This document shows, one piece after another, positions 26,093 to 37,890 of a stretch of 64,000 nucleotides of DNA. Location of the stretch: assembly GCF_041956535.1 (NCBI RefSeq), contig NW_027192191.1, positions 131,702 to 195,701 of the forward strand, given 5' to 3'. Each line of letters opens with the position of its first letter. Position 1 is the stretch's first letter. The DNA is from Calcarisporiella thermophila CBS 279.70 (Eukaryota > Fungi > Calcarisporiellomycota). A program made the translations under genes and the position numbers. The notes beneath the pieces are model-generated. The model did no database searches and was not told the origin of the DNA. It was given only the letters and a program-made list of their open reading frames with translations.

Positions 26093-28435
26093 TCTTTTGG
26101 AGACAAGAGGAGATCGGCTTTCACAAGCGAAGAAGAGAGGAGAAAGAAAAAACGGGTGTACTGTTGGAAAAAGGAGATAGGAGAAACGAGAGAGCGGGTT
26201 TATATATACAAAAATTAGAGGAGGTTTCATTAGCGATCGGTTTTGTGTGATGCCAATTGATTTAGTATTTATTAAAAAGAATCAAAACAAATTGGCCAAC
26301 CATTCCGGTAAATTGCCTCTCGCCCTCAATTCCCGTTTGCTTTCCCGCTGGCTAAATATAAAGTGATATTCATTTCTTGCCCGCCAATCAGCGCGGATCC
26401 CTTTCTCGAACATGCGGCCCGTATCTCTCCTAATAAGCATGCGAACGCCATGATATGTGGAGAGAGGCAAATCGGTATATTGGTACATGGGCCGCCGTCT
26501 AGTTTGATTCCACGGCTCATGTAGTGCACCATGAGGTGCGTGGACGAGTTATATTGGACCTGGCCGGAAATTGGGGCCGCTGCCGCCAACGACCCCGGAG
26601 CTCAGGGGCCACCTGCATGCTTATCATAGCCAATCCTCCCATTGCATTGGCCCCCCCCGCTGCGCTCCCCAATTATTGTGCAGCCGCGGCGGCTCCCCTG
26701 CCCTCCATGGAGAGGCCGCTCCTCTCCCCCCCTTTGGCCTCGACCCGAATGGGGAGCAGGGCGAGAGGAAATCAACATCCCTGTTTTTTATGCTTCTTCT
26801 GCGGCATCAAATGAGGGGGAAATTGGCCGAAAACAAATTAATTCTATTTTGTACTAGGAACGGGGAATCTTACTAAACCGATATCCTTGGCCAACCGGGG
26901 CGTTGATTACGTGGGGTACACAACGCGACAAGAGGCAACTTGCGCAACCCACCACCGTCACCTCCACCGCCCCCCTCTCTCCCCACCAACCCCGCCCGCC
27001 TGCCGAGCTGAGATTCCGCTGATGAACTCAACCTTTGAGCCGAACTGGTTCATCCGCGCGACGGACAAGCTTTAAGTTTAATAGACAACAGGAATGCAAG
27101 CTTATTTCTCGATCTCTATGCCCAATCCGACTCGGAATAACCTTGACCAAAAAGGGGAGATTTGCTCGAAAGCCCTGGGAAGCTACGCCTCGGAGCATTT
27201 CTCCTGAGACTCGAATCGCGCCCCACTGGCCCGTCCCCCCTGGACCTGGACATGCCAGTGGTCCAAACAGAAATGCAGCGAAGCCGATGCTAGAGGCCCG
27301 CGTCCGGCCAACAGGGGCTGCCACTGGCCCCACTGACCACGTCTTGGTCCTGGCTCTGTCGCCCGAGGCTTCCGGCCCACGGAGGATAAGGGCTTTTCCA
27401 GCGGAGTACACGTCCTCCCAGGCCCATGACGTCTTTGGGATTGGTCATCGGCGACCCTCTTCCTGAAGCGAGCATATTGCGTGTAGGGTTCGCGGTTGGG
27501 AACGGGCGCGATGGGTAGCCCGTCTCACATGAGAGCTTTCCACGGGCGGCACGGTGCTCCGAGGGTCGGAGAGGAGGAGTGGGAATCCCCGCCCCAGCCA
27601 CACGCTCAAGGTTTCAGACGGTGAGTAACAGGGGGTGAGTGGGAGGCGGCGGCGCGGAAAGCCCCTGATTTCTTAGGGAAGGCGGCGGGCAGGGGCCTAA
27701 GCGCGGTTTAGGGTTGAGGAGGGCAGGGCTGTTGGGCACAAACACCAACGCGGCCCGGCGGGTGATGCGGTCTGACAAGCGCGACGCAATAGGCTAAGCA
27801 GAGGGCACGGCCAGTGGGGCGAGGGCCAGATCAGATCATTCGGAAGGAGCTGCAGCGTCGGATTACAAGCACGCCCGAGCCCCAAAAGGGGCAGCCCGGT
27901 GGTACGGGCCAGCGCGCGGTCGGAATGGAAGGGGAGGGGGCCTAGATTTGGGAGCACGGCAAATCCCCGCGCCTCGCCCGAGCTGAGCCGCTTAGAAGCA
28001 CGGTGCTACTGAGCACAGGGGAGCAGAGTGCGGTGCTGGACGTGGAGCTTAATCCGAAAGCGATCTTCGCCGCAGCCGCAGCCGGCGCGCCTGGGCAGGC
28101 ATGGGTAATCGTATTGCCTTTTCTACGCTCGAGGGCCTGTTCGGCGCGGATGAGGCCAGGCGAGAAAAACGCTGGCGACTCCGAATCGGTCGGTCGGAAT
28201 TTTTCATTTCCATCCGACACCTCCAAAAATCTATTTTTTCTTTTTGGATTCTTCCCGCTCTCCGCGCCCTTCTCTCCTCCCCCACCACGCGGCTTTTCGC
28301 CCTGCTTGTTTTCATTAAGAATCCTGTGCCTCTTCCCGCTCCCCATCCCATCAGCAATCCCCTCCCCCCCCCCCGCCGCGCCCCTGCTATCGCCGCAGCC
28401 TCGACTCCATCGCCATTATCGCTTGAAAGGTGAGC

Positions 28436-29586
28436 ATGATGCCATCGACCCCTATCTATTCCCGCCCCTCCCCCTACCACCCCCCGCTCCGGCACCCGGC
28501 TCCCAATCCCGCCCCGCAACCCCATTCCCATTCTCACCTCCACCCCCACCGCCCGCCGCCGGCGTCGCAAGCAGAGCTCTCCATATGTGAGCCGTGCCGC
28601 CGCAAGAAACGCAACTGCGACGGCCGGCGGCCCTGTAATCGCTGTGACCCACGGGCCGGCGACTGCGTGGATGCCTCTCCAGAGGCCCCGCGAAGATTGT
28701 CGAGCGGAAGCGCATGCGAAACGTAGGCATTCCCCTCTTGGCGTAGACTTGGAGCCCCCTCCCCTCCACTAACCCCTCTCTCGTGTTGCTTAGGTGCCGG
28801 AGGAGAAAGACCAAGTGCGACGGCGGCCAGCCGTGCGGCTATTGCGCCACCAACGGCATCGAGTGCGTGTCCGGCGCTGAGCGGCGGCGGCGCGGTCAGC
28901 AGCTCCAGGGCACGGTGGAGCGCAGCGAGGTGGACCAGCTGGAGGCCCGTCTGAAGCGGATGGAGCGGCTGATTGAGCAGCTGCTGCGGCCGGTCGCGGT
29001 CAAGGCGCTGGAGGAGTACGCCTCCAAGCACCCGACCTCGGGCGAGGAGGAGGGCGTGCGGGAGGTGGTGGAGGCGCTGAAGAAGGAAAGCGACAGCTTG
29101 GCGGGGGGAATTGCTTCTGCACGCGCGGCGGAGAAGGAGCCGGTCTTCTACCCATCTCCCCCGCAATACCACCCGCCCAACGTCAAGCCCCTGCCCCCGC
29201 CCCCCCCCCACGCCTCCCGCGACGGCAACACCCCCTCGATCGCGTCGCTCGTCAACCCCGCCCCCTCCCAGAGCCCCTCCGGCTCCCCCCCGGCCTCCTC
29301 CGTATACCCCTCGTCGTCCGCCGCCCCGTTCCCATCCCACCCGTATTCCGCGCCCACCTACCCCCACTCCTATACTGCTTCGGCCGCACCCGCCTCAAGC
29401 GCTGCCTATCCGCATCCTACCGCGCTGACCCCCCATTTCCCCCCGCCATCGGCCCTCCTGCATCAACCTCCCCTAAAGACGGAGCACCAATCTCCCGCCG
29501 CGCCGCTGGGGAGGATGCGCGGGCACTCTCCCCCAAGAATGCAGCTGCCGCCATTGAGTGGGCTCATGGATGCGGGTAGAGCGTAG
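28436..29586 (+). CDS. Transcription factor with two Zn(II)2Cys6 clusters, 2 exons
   Basis: CEPCRRKKRNCDGRRPCNRC..C and, across intron 28723-28793, ACET/CRRRKTKCDGGQPCGYCATNGIEC; then coiled coil (LEARLKRMERL) and a Pro-rich tail. Confidence 0.88.
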
Positions 29587-30249
29587 CAGGCAATCTCTCC
29601 CCCCCCCTCCCCCTTCCTCCCCTCCTCGCCTCCCCCCGCCCCTCCACTATTTATCCTTATCTCATTCTGTCTCTCTGTCTCTCTCCAGTGGAGATGGGAT
29701 GGCCGATGGGAGGCTCGGCTTACGTTAGACTAAATTGTAGGGATTTCAGAATTGCAGAATTCGTGCCATCACGGTGCTTTTTTTTTTTCCTTCTTGATAC
29801 AAGATGACACGTTTGTTTTCTTCCTCTACCCCATGTTTCTATAATAGGTTACTTGAACTCTCTTATTCAATAAATTAATGTCCACATCAACGCTCGTACG
29901 GGGAAAGCTGAAATAAACCGTGCGATGTTCAGCCGCCCTTTCAGCTCCTGATCGACCCATCCTGAATTCTCCTTGGTCGAGGGGGGGGGGGGGGCGAGCC
30001 GATGGAGGAGGAAATGGGCTTGGTCTCTCTAACCATGCACATTCCTTCCTCGCCTTTTGTTTTCCAAATACAAGGCGAAAGGCTTTGTCTCATGCATGGA
30101 AAAAAGGGAGCATATCCTTTAATGAATAGATCAATAGAGATTAAATAAAAGCAGGAAACAGAGAAGGTACATCTAAGAATTAATAAATATCGGATCCCAG
30201 CAGTAGACCCATCGGCTTGTGTTCAAACAAACGCCTCCTAACTAGGTGA

Positions 30250-31116
30250 CTACACCACCAACACAGCGCACAGCGCAAGCAAACCGCCCAGGGCGGAGAA
30301 GGAGGCGTAGGCGCGAACCGCGGCCGATTTAGCAGGGCTGGACGCCGAAGGTTGAGCGCTTCCAGAGGGGAGCGTGACGGAGCTCACGGCCCTTGACGCA
30401 GAGGCAGTTATCGCGGATGAGGCGTTGGTCTGGATGCGCGAAACAGCACTGGATGCGGCCGACAGGCTTGGCACCGGGGCACTCGAGCCAGAGGCGCTGG
30501 AAAGGCCAGTGGGGGCGACCCGGGGAGTGAAGAAGGGGTTGCTCGTGAGGGCCTGGCTCAGGGTCGTATATTGGACCGAGGAAGAGATGGGGCGGGACGC
30601 AATCTGGCCATTGGCGCCGTTGATGGTGAACCGCGAGGAGTAGGAATAGTCCTGGTCGCTTGTTCCCTATAAAGTGCAAACGCGTAAGCTTCCCATTCAC
30701 ATCCCATACGAGAAAAGACACTCTACAATGCGTAGCTGGTACTGCGTGGAGCTAAAAGAATGGCACAAAAGGTCATGGCGGGTAAGCATCAGGGGCCCTT
30801 GCAATCTAGAACTGAGGAGTACTTACGGGGCAAGGGTGGCCGGGATGGTCCACAGCGCATTGCCGGTGGCACCCGCCACGCCGGTGAGTGCGTTCTGCAC
30901 TAGCTGCCCATTCTCAAGGAGCTGTATATCAACTCGAGCGGGCAGGATGAACGGGCCGGTGATGGCTTGATCAATTTTCCATTTCAATGTCACGGCTCTG
31001 CCCGCCACCCAGACGGTCGAAGCCACTGGCTCCGTGAAGGCATAGTTAGCAGCCATCACGGGGGAGAGGAGCGAAAAAAGACAGAGTAGGACGACGAAGG
31101 AGATGGTTCTGGACAT
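30250..31116 (-). CDS. Kre9/Knh1-like N-terminal domain, Ser/Thr-rich GPI-anchored protein, 3 exons
   Basis: Signal peptide, FTEPVASTVWVAGRAVTLKW, WTIP, 25-nt exon 30751-30727 (STQYQLRI), YSYSSRFTI, S/A-rich stalk and hydrophobic C-tail. Confidence 0.85.
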
Positions 31117-31416
31117 CGCGAGAACAGCTAAGGCGAAAGAATGGAGGGGGGAGGGGAGGGGAGAAGTGAGTAAAAGGGGGGAAGAGGGAGACGATAAACT
31201 TCTGAAATGGAACACGCAAAAAAGAAAGAGAAAAAGTCGAACAAGCTATGATGCCAGTATGGAGAGGAATAGTGGTTTTGCGCTTGTGCTCGAGAAGGAA
31301 TATAGCTGGGCGAATCACGCCCCGCCTCATGTCCCACCAAACCTTAACAAGGCCCAAGAGATTAGTTAATATTCGAAACGCTGTATCTCCGCCCGGTGGA
31401 CGGGCTCCATGCTTTA

Positions 31417-32551
31417 TTAATAATAATAAGAGCCAAGACCAAAGTCACACTCTTCCTCCATGAAAAGGGGATAGGAGCCTTCTCGAGGCAGCCGTTCCTC
31501 GTCCTCTCCCGAGCTCGTGTACGCCGAGGTGCCGGCGAGCGGAGTAGAAGAGGAGGAGGTCACCGTGATAAAGGGGATGTTGAGCCGGCTGGCGAAGTTC
31601 GCGAGGTCGTCGGGAACCTGGACTAAGCCGCAGAGGAAGGGGCAGATAAGCAGGAAAGTCACATCTTCGTGTGGAGGAAGGGAAAAACCAAACAAAAACT
31701 AAGGTGCTACTCACATCCCAGCTGTCGCAATACCAATCCCATGCAGCTTCCTACAGCATCGATCTGGCCAATCAGCATATTCTGCTTGCGCGTAAGTTGG
31801 CTCAGGTTGGTCTTGAGTTGTTCCAGCTCGCGCAGGGCTTCGTCTGCCTTGGGGTTTAGCGAGGGATCTGAGGGGTCCCGCAGGAGGGGAAGATAGGGTG
31901 GCCGCGCATCCTGGCAAGAGCGCCGGCGGATTCTATCTAACAGCTTGGGTTGGCCGCGGCGAAAATCGTCGTGTTTATACTCCATGATTCCGTCGTCAGC
32001 CCGCGCGGCACGGGGCGTCTTGTTGGCCTTGGTGAAATTGTACCTGAGGGAGGGGAGGGCATCGGGAGAAGGGGATAAGAAAGAGGAGTTAATGAGGAAG
32101 AAGAGCATGTTAACACGTGCATATTAAGCTGTCGGAGAAAAGAGGGGAGTTTCTCGTGTTTGAAGTGACGCGATAAGAGCTCGGTGAACTCGGGGGTGGT
32201 GTGGAAAAGAAAGGAGGTTCCACTCTCAGACCACCTTATCAGATGAGAGTTTTGAGCATCATCCACCATCCTAGACAGACCCATATAATGTCAGCACATC
32301 GCTTCTCCTGTATCATTCCTCCGCCATAAGATGCATCCCTACCTATACAGAATTCGGACAAACTTGTTCGTGCTGTTCCGGCGATTCAGTCCCCGGCCAA
32401 TGCCAGGCCGTTTGGGGCTGGGCGGCTCGAGGGTGACGGGGGGGAGCTGGTCATAGTGAGGGCTTTGAATGCTAGTTGGTTGAAATAATGGAGCTTGAGC
32501 GATGGGACTGAATGGAAAGTGGTACAGTTGGGATAGATTGTCTTGGCTCAT
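31417..32551 (-). CDS. HSF-type DNA-binding-domain transcription factor, 4 exons
   Basis: NKFVRILYR/MVDD..LIRWSESGTSF..RHFKHEKLPSFLRQLNM/YNFTK..EYKHDDFRRGQPKLLDRIRRR, followed by a short coiled coil. Confidence 0.9.
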
Positions 32552-33126
32552 GCGGAGGACAAGGGGTGAAAACAGAATAAGGAAAATGAGAATTACCAAA
32601 GGAGTAAAAGGAGAATGAAAAGCGGGCGGTGAGGGGGAATGCTAAGGCAGAGGGCATAGGTAGAATTCATCATTGCTGAAGCCTATATAACTGGAATGCC
32701 ATTCGGTTCTAGAAAGTTAACGGAAATAGCAACAGCCATAGTCTATCCTTCTTTTTTTCGTTGATCCATCTAAGGTTGCCGCCTGCCCTGCTTACCTACT
32801 CACCTCCCCTCATGTGTGGCGGAGCACAGGTGATTATCCGGGATGGAGCCAATCGCTGCCTGCAAGCACAGATCCGTTGTGAAAATCTTACCCCCTATTT
32901 TCCCCTTGACTCACTCTCTCCTGTTCATTACTCTTCATTAATCCCTATTTCATTAATCTCACTCCTTCCTTCCCCTCTTTTTCTCATCACTCCAGCAACC
33001 CGTCGCCCCCTCCGGCCCCCCACCTCCCCCACAATCACCCCACACTTTCCTTCCTCAATTGTCTCCCCAGTTCTCTAAGCTTTTACCTATTTCTTTTTTT
33101 CCTGAAATATAAATACAAATTGCAAT

Positions 33127-34026
33127 ATGCGCTTCACACTGGCCTTCATTCTTCTGCTCCTTACGTTTGCGCTGGCCGCCAACGGTCTCCATTTCTATCT
33201 TGAAGATGGCGAGCAAAAGTGTTTCAACGAGGATCTACCCAAGGAAACCCGAGTCATCGGTACGTGGATCCATCCCGGATTTTGCCTTTGTTTTCGAGCC
33301 TTTGCATCCCAACCCCAAGATTAACTCTAAATTCTGCTTCCCATCAGGTGTATACAAGGCCGAGGTCTGGTCATCCAAACAGAATATGTTCATTGAAGAT
33401 CACTCGTTGGGCATTGACATCACAGTTGATGAGCGCGGAGAAGAGCACAAAGTTCTCCACATCAAGGGGGCACACAAAGGCCGGTTCTCGTTCACAAGCA
33501 CTGAGTCTGGAGAGCATGACATTTGCTTTGTGACAAACACATCCTCATGGTGGGTCGATGAACGGATTGTAAGTGTTTCTAGCTCTAGGTGTAGCACCCA
33601 TGATGATAGATATTCACTCTCCTCTACTATACTAGCGCTTCACTTTGGACTTGGATATTGGGGAGCCCATCCATCTGGAGGAGAACCACTCTGATGAATC
33701 CCTAAGTGGTAATAGCGGAGATTTTCTCTCTCATATCGCGTAGCGACATCGTTTGCTCACCCGTCTACCCACTCCCCCCTCCCTCTCCTCTCTGACCTTT
33801 TGTAGATATGATCAACCGTGTGCGTGAGCTCAATTCTCGCGCTTTGGATGCCCTACGGGAGCAAAGTTTCCAGCGTGAGATCGAGACGAAGTTCCGCGAC
33901 ATGTCAGAGCGCGCCAACTCCCAGATTGTCTGGTGGTCCATTTCCCAGATGGCCGTTTTGGGAATGACTTGCATGTGGCAGATGCGGCATTTGCGGTCCT
34001 TCTTCATCAAGAAAAAACTGGTTTAA
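33127..34026 (+). CDS. p24/emp24/gp25L family cargo receptor (alpha, Erp1-like)
   Basis: Signal peptide, LHFYLEDGEQKCF GOLD domain, FRDMSERANS, TM and C-terminal FFIKKKLV (KKxx). Confidence 0.93.
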
Positions 34027-34223
34027 AACGGCGCAACGATGGGTGTATTGTAGTGTGTAGTGATGGTGGTATTATTATATTCTATATATATATATATCTA
34101 TACATCTATGTTTTATGTTTATCCTTATTTGCTACTAAGAAAAAAATAAAAACAGTCACATTCAGAACATTACTTATCTTTTTTTTTTCGGTCTTATTTA
34201 TTCGAAGATCGAGTATCCCATTC

Positions 34224-35976
34224 ATGTTCCGCCGCCTCTCCCACATGGTCCCCTGGACGCGCCCCACTCCTCTGCTTGCTGTCGTCGGCACCACTGGAGT
34301 CGGTAAATCTCAGCTTGCCGTCGAGCTGGCCAAATCGCTCGGTGGCCAGGTCATCAACGCGGATTCAATGCAGGTGTACAAAGGGCTGGACATCATTACC
34401 AATAAGATCCCGCTTGCCGAGCGGGAGGGCATCGAGCATCGGCTGATGGATTTTCTGGAGGTGCATGATGAGTACACAGTCGGAGAATTCGAGCGGGATG
34501 CACTGCAAGTGGTAAATCGAGAGCCTATCATGGGATCTACTCCGTCCTAGGTTGAACTAACGTGAATCGACTCTTGCCTACAGATTAATGAAAATCACGA
34601 GAAAGGACGGGTCCCGATCATTGCGGGCGGCACTAATTATTACGTCCAGAGCCTCATTTTTCGCGATTCTCTTGTCGCCTCTGCCTCGCACGCTGCTCTA
34701 TCCGACAGCGACACGGAGAGCGAGCACCCCGAGCTCCAGGGCACCACGGCTGAGCTCTACGCGCGTTTACAGGAAGTGGATCCGGTCATGGCCAATCGAT
34801 GGCACCCTAATGATCGGAGGAAGATCCGAAGGAGTCTGGAGGTGTTCCTACAAACGGGGAAGAGGCACAGCGACATCATTCTGGAGCAATGGGAGGGGGA
34901 TTTTCGGACCTCCCGAGTGCGGTGAGTTCCCTGTTGAAGAGAGGAAGCCAGATCCATTGGCTTAACGACTTTGCTTATAGATTCCCGACTTGTGTCTTTT
35001 GGCTTTATACACCACCTGAGACATTAAATCCCAGGCTGGATGCAAGAGTAGAATCAATGATAAAGGTAGGTTGTTTGCCAATGGTCTATGTGCTAGAAAA
35101 AAGGATCTTCCCCCCTTAGCCTCTTACTGACTGAACTTGAATGCGTGTAGACGGGTCTGTTTGAGGAACTTCGCAACATGCGATCACTCGAGAAGAGCGG
35201 CCAAGCAAGGTGCCCGGGCAATGAACAGGATTATACCCGCGGAATCTGGCAGGCGATTGGTAAGGGCCGACCCCAACGAGGATCAGTCGTATCCAATACT
35301 AATGCTTGTTCCCATCAACACACTAAAAGGCTACAAGGAGTTTCTCCCATATTTCTCCGCCCTTGAATCGCCTCCGCCCTCCTTCACCGAAGAGGCTCTG
35401 GCCACCCTTCGAGACCAATGCATCTCCGCCATGAAAGCAGCGACACGTCGCTACGCTAAGCGACAGATAACTTGGATCCGTAATAAGCTCGTGCCAATGG
35501 CACACCTTATGTCTTCCAACACCCCTCCCGATACCGAGACCGATCATACCACGAATGAGGATGATACTGATGCTTCGCGTGACAAACATCTCTATGTTTA
35601 TATGTTGGATGCAACCAACCTGGATCGGTGGAATGAAGAGGTGCGCGACGTAGCAGTGCAGATAGCACGAGATTTTCTCGCAGGTCAGCCGCTTCCGGAC
35701 CCTAGGTCGCTTAGCCCGCTTGCCGCGCAGATGGTGCAGAGAAAGCAGCATCACGAGGCGGATACTGCGGCTCGCCTGAAAAGCTGGCGCAAATTCACAT
35801 GTGATATATGCACAGACGGCGAGGGCCAACCTCTGGTCGTCAATGGAGAGAAGGAGTGGAATGCGCATCGTCAATCTCGAGGCCACTGGCGGAGAGTGAG
35901 GGCGACTAAGCGAAACGAGGAGTGGCAACGATGGAAGGAGAAGATGCGGGACTCAAAGGACAAGGCGGAGAACTAG
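34224..35976 (+). CDS. MOD5: tRNA dimethylallyltransferase (MOD5/TRIT1)
   Basis: VVGTTGVGKS, VINADSMQVYKGLDIITNK, GGTNYY, RWHPNDRRKI, QAIG/YKEF, ATRRYAKRQITWIRNKL and C-terminal CDIC..H..SRGH zinc finger. Confidence 0.96.
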
Positions 35977-36872
35977 TTGGTGAGGGGGGAATGGGGTGAA
36001 AATAAGGGTGCGGCCCTAGGTCTATCCTCTTATTATTATTGTACCATAGGGATATGGATTCTTTATCCGTGTAATTGTAATAGAATGTTCGCCTTTCATC
36101 CTTTCTAGCCTGTCATTGTATAAACAGACTTGTCCTGAATTGGCAGGATACCCTCTCTACTCCACAGTCGAACTACATGGGGAGAAGGCTGGACCTCCGA
36201 GCTTCATCTCCTGAGGGCAGAAGGAATCGGTGGTCTTTAAGTTTGGCCTCCCGCCAAGATATTCTCTCAGCAGAATTCAGAAAGTGGCCCATAGAAGAAC
36301 TTTCGAAGCTTCTGTGCTAATCGGAAATAGGTTCAAACTACAGTGTATGACACAATAGAGGAAGACAACAGCTCTTTTTTTTTCATTTGGGAGCTTAGTT
36401 GAGGATTCGCCCGGTTGGTCGGCACTAGGTTTGCGCCACTTTGTGGCGGGCTGAAGGGGAAAAGAATAGAAAATAACCGTTTTCTCCAGAAAAAAAAACA
36501 AGTTTCTCTAGAAGATAGAATAAGGCAAAAGGGGGAGCTAGACGCTGCAAAGAACTTTCTGGCTAATTTTCTAATTTAGCATCCCGGCCGATGTCGCTCG
36601 TTTTCTCCGACCATACCATTCTAGCTAATAGCTCATCTGGGCTCCTTGCCGTAGGAGGAGCGCTAACCCGATCTGGCTCTGAGGAACAGGCCGGGACCAA
36701 GCCTCTCAACCTTGCCCCTCAACCACCAATTAGATTCGGTTGATTCCTTTCTTTCAGTAATATCTACCACTTTCACTTTTCCCCACTAGAAACCGCCTCT
36801 TCAGCTTTCCTCCCAAGAATTCTCGACCCGAGATTTTGGATCCCCCACTCCATCTCTTAATCTTCCTCGAGA

Positions 36873-37160
36873 ATGCCCCCCTACCCCTTCGCCGCCAATT
36901 CGAATTCTTCAGATCGCTACCATTGCCCCCACTGCCGGCTCAACTTCCCCTTTGCATTTTGGTACCGCCACCATGTGACGTACCACCCAACTATATCTCT
37001 GCCGCCTATTCATCATGAGGACGGAGGGCGGGTGTGTCCAGGCTGCAAATACTATGGCAATCTGGTCACCGTGTTGAATCACGTCAACACCTGTAGAGGA
37101 TACAAGCAATGGTTTGTAACAAGTAGAGGGGCTGGCATGGGATCTTGCACTGCACTGTGA
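36873..37160 (+). CDS. Small two-zinc-finger protein (C2H2 + C2HC), 95 aa
   Basis: YHCPHC-x12-H-x3-H with the canonical Phe, and VCPGC-x11-H-x3-C. In-frame stop just upstream of the ATG. A possible GT donor near 37112 leaves the 3' end uncertain. Confidence 0.6.
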   Translation: MPPYPFAANSNSSDRYHCPHCRLNFPFAFWYRHHVTYHPTISLPPIHHEDGGRVCPGCKYYGNLVTVLNHVNTCRGYKQWFVTSRGAGMGSCTAL

Positions 37161-37890
37161 CAACTCTTGTTGATCTTGTTTCTTTTTTTTTCGGCTCTAT
37201 ATACATGTTTTTTTTTTTCCTTTCCTAATTGCAATTTAGCTCTTTTTTCTTGTTTCCTCCCTGAAATCGTATTTAATTCTTTTTTTTTATGGATCTATTC
37301 ATTATTACCAATGTTAAATTTTTATACCTCTATTTTATCCAACCGTATTTTTGCTTCTCACCTGGCTCTTCTCTTTCTTCTCTTCTCCTCAACGTGTATA
37401 CCTTCTCTTCCTGTCTATAATACCTAATCACTTTCCCTCTTGCTACTGCCGTTTTCGGTACCGATCTTGTAAACTGTGAACGTACCTCTCCACATTTCGG
37501 ATAATCCATACTTGGGAGACTAATGCAAGCATAGTTTGGCATGCAAAGCCGTGCAAGTGAAGTAGAACGAGGATTAAATTTTGATAAAGGGGAAGAAGAA
37601 AACAAAAATAAAGAGCAACTTCTTTCAAAAAGAAGGGCAGAACAAACGACAGAGACAAAACCGAGATATAGAAGTACAGGGGGAAGAAGGTGACAGTAAC
37701 ATCAGATATAGGTGTAAATATATAAAACACGCAAAATAAACTACCTGCATCCATTATAATACAAATACTCTGCAGAGCGAAGAAAAGGGATCTACTTTCG
37801 ATCAAGAACACCGAGTTCACTGAAACAGGGGGAGTGCGGGGGCGGGAGGGGGAGAGGGTGTTTCCTGGTCAATTTCCTTTTCATCCCAAG

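Noticed and set aside
27707-27715. TTTAGGGTT and similar telomere-like words (also near 40986)
   Set aside because: Single copies only; no array and no 1.5-repeat telomerase template.
26282-28600. Many overlapping 60-195 aa ORFs
   Set aside because: Expected in GC-rich promoter DNA; no domains or consistent codon bias.
33933-34223. N-terminal extension of the MOD5 ORF
   Set aside because: Runs through the p24 3' end and a TA-repeat UTR; the real start is 34224.
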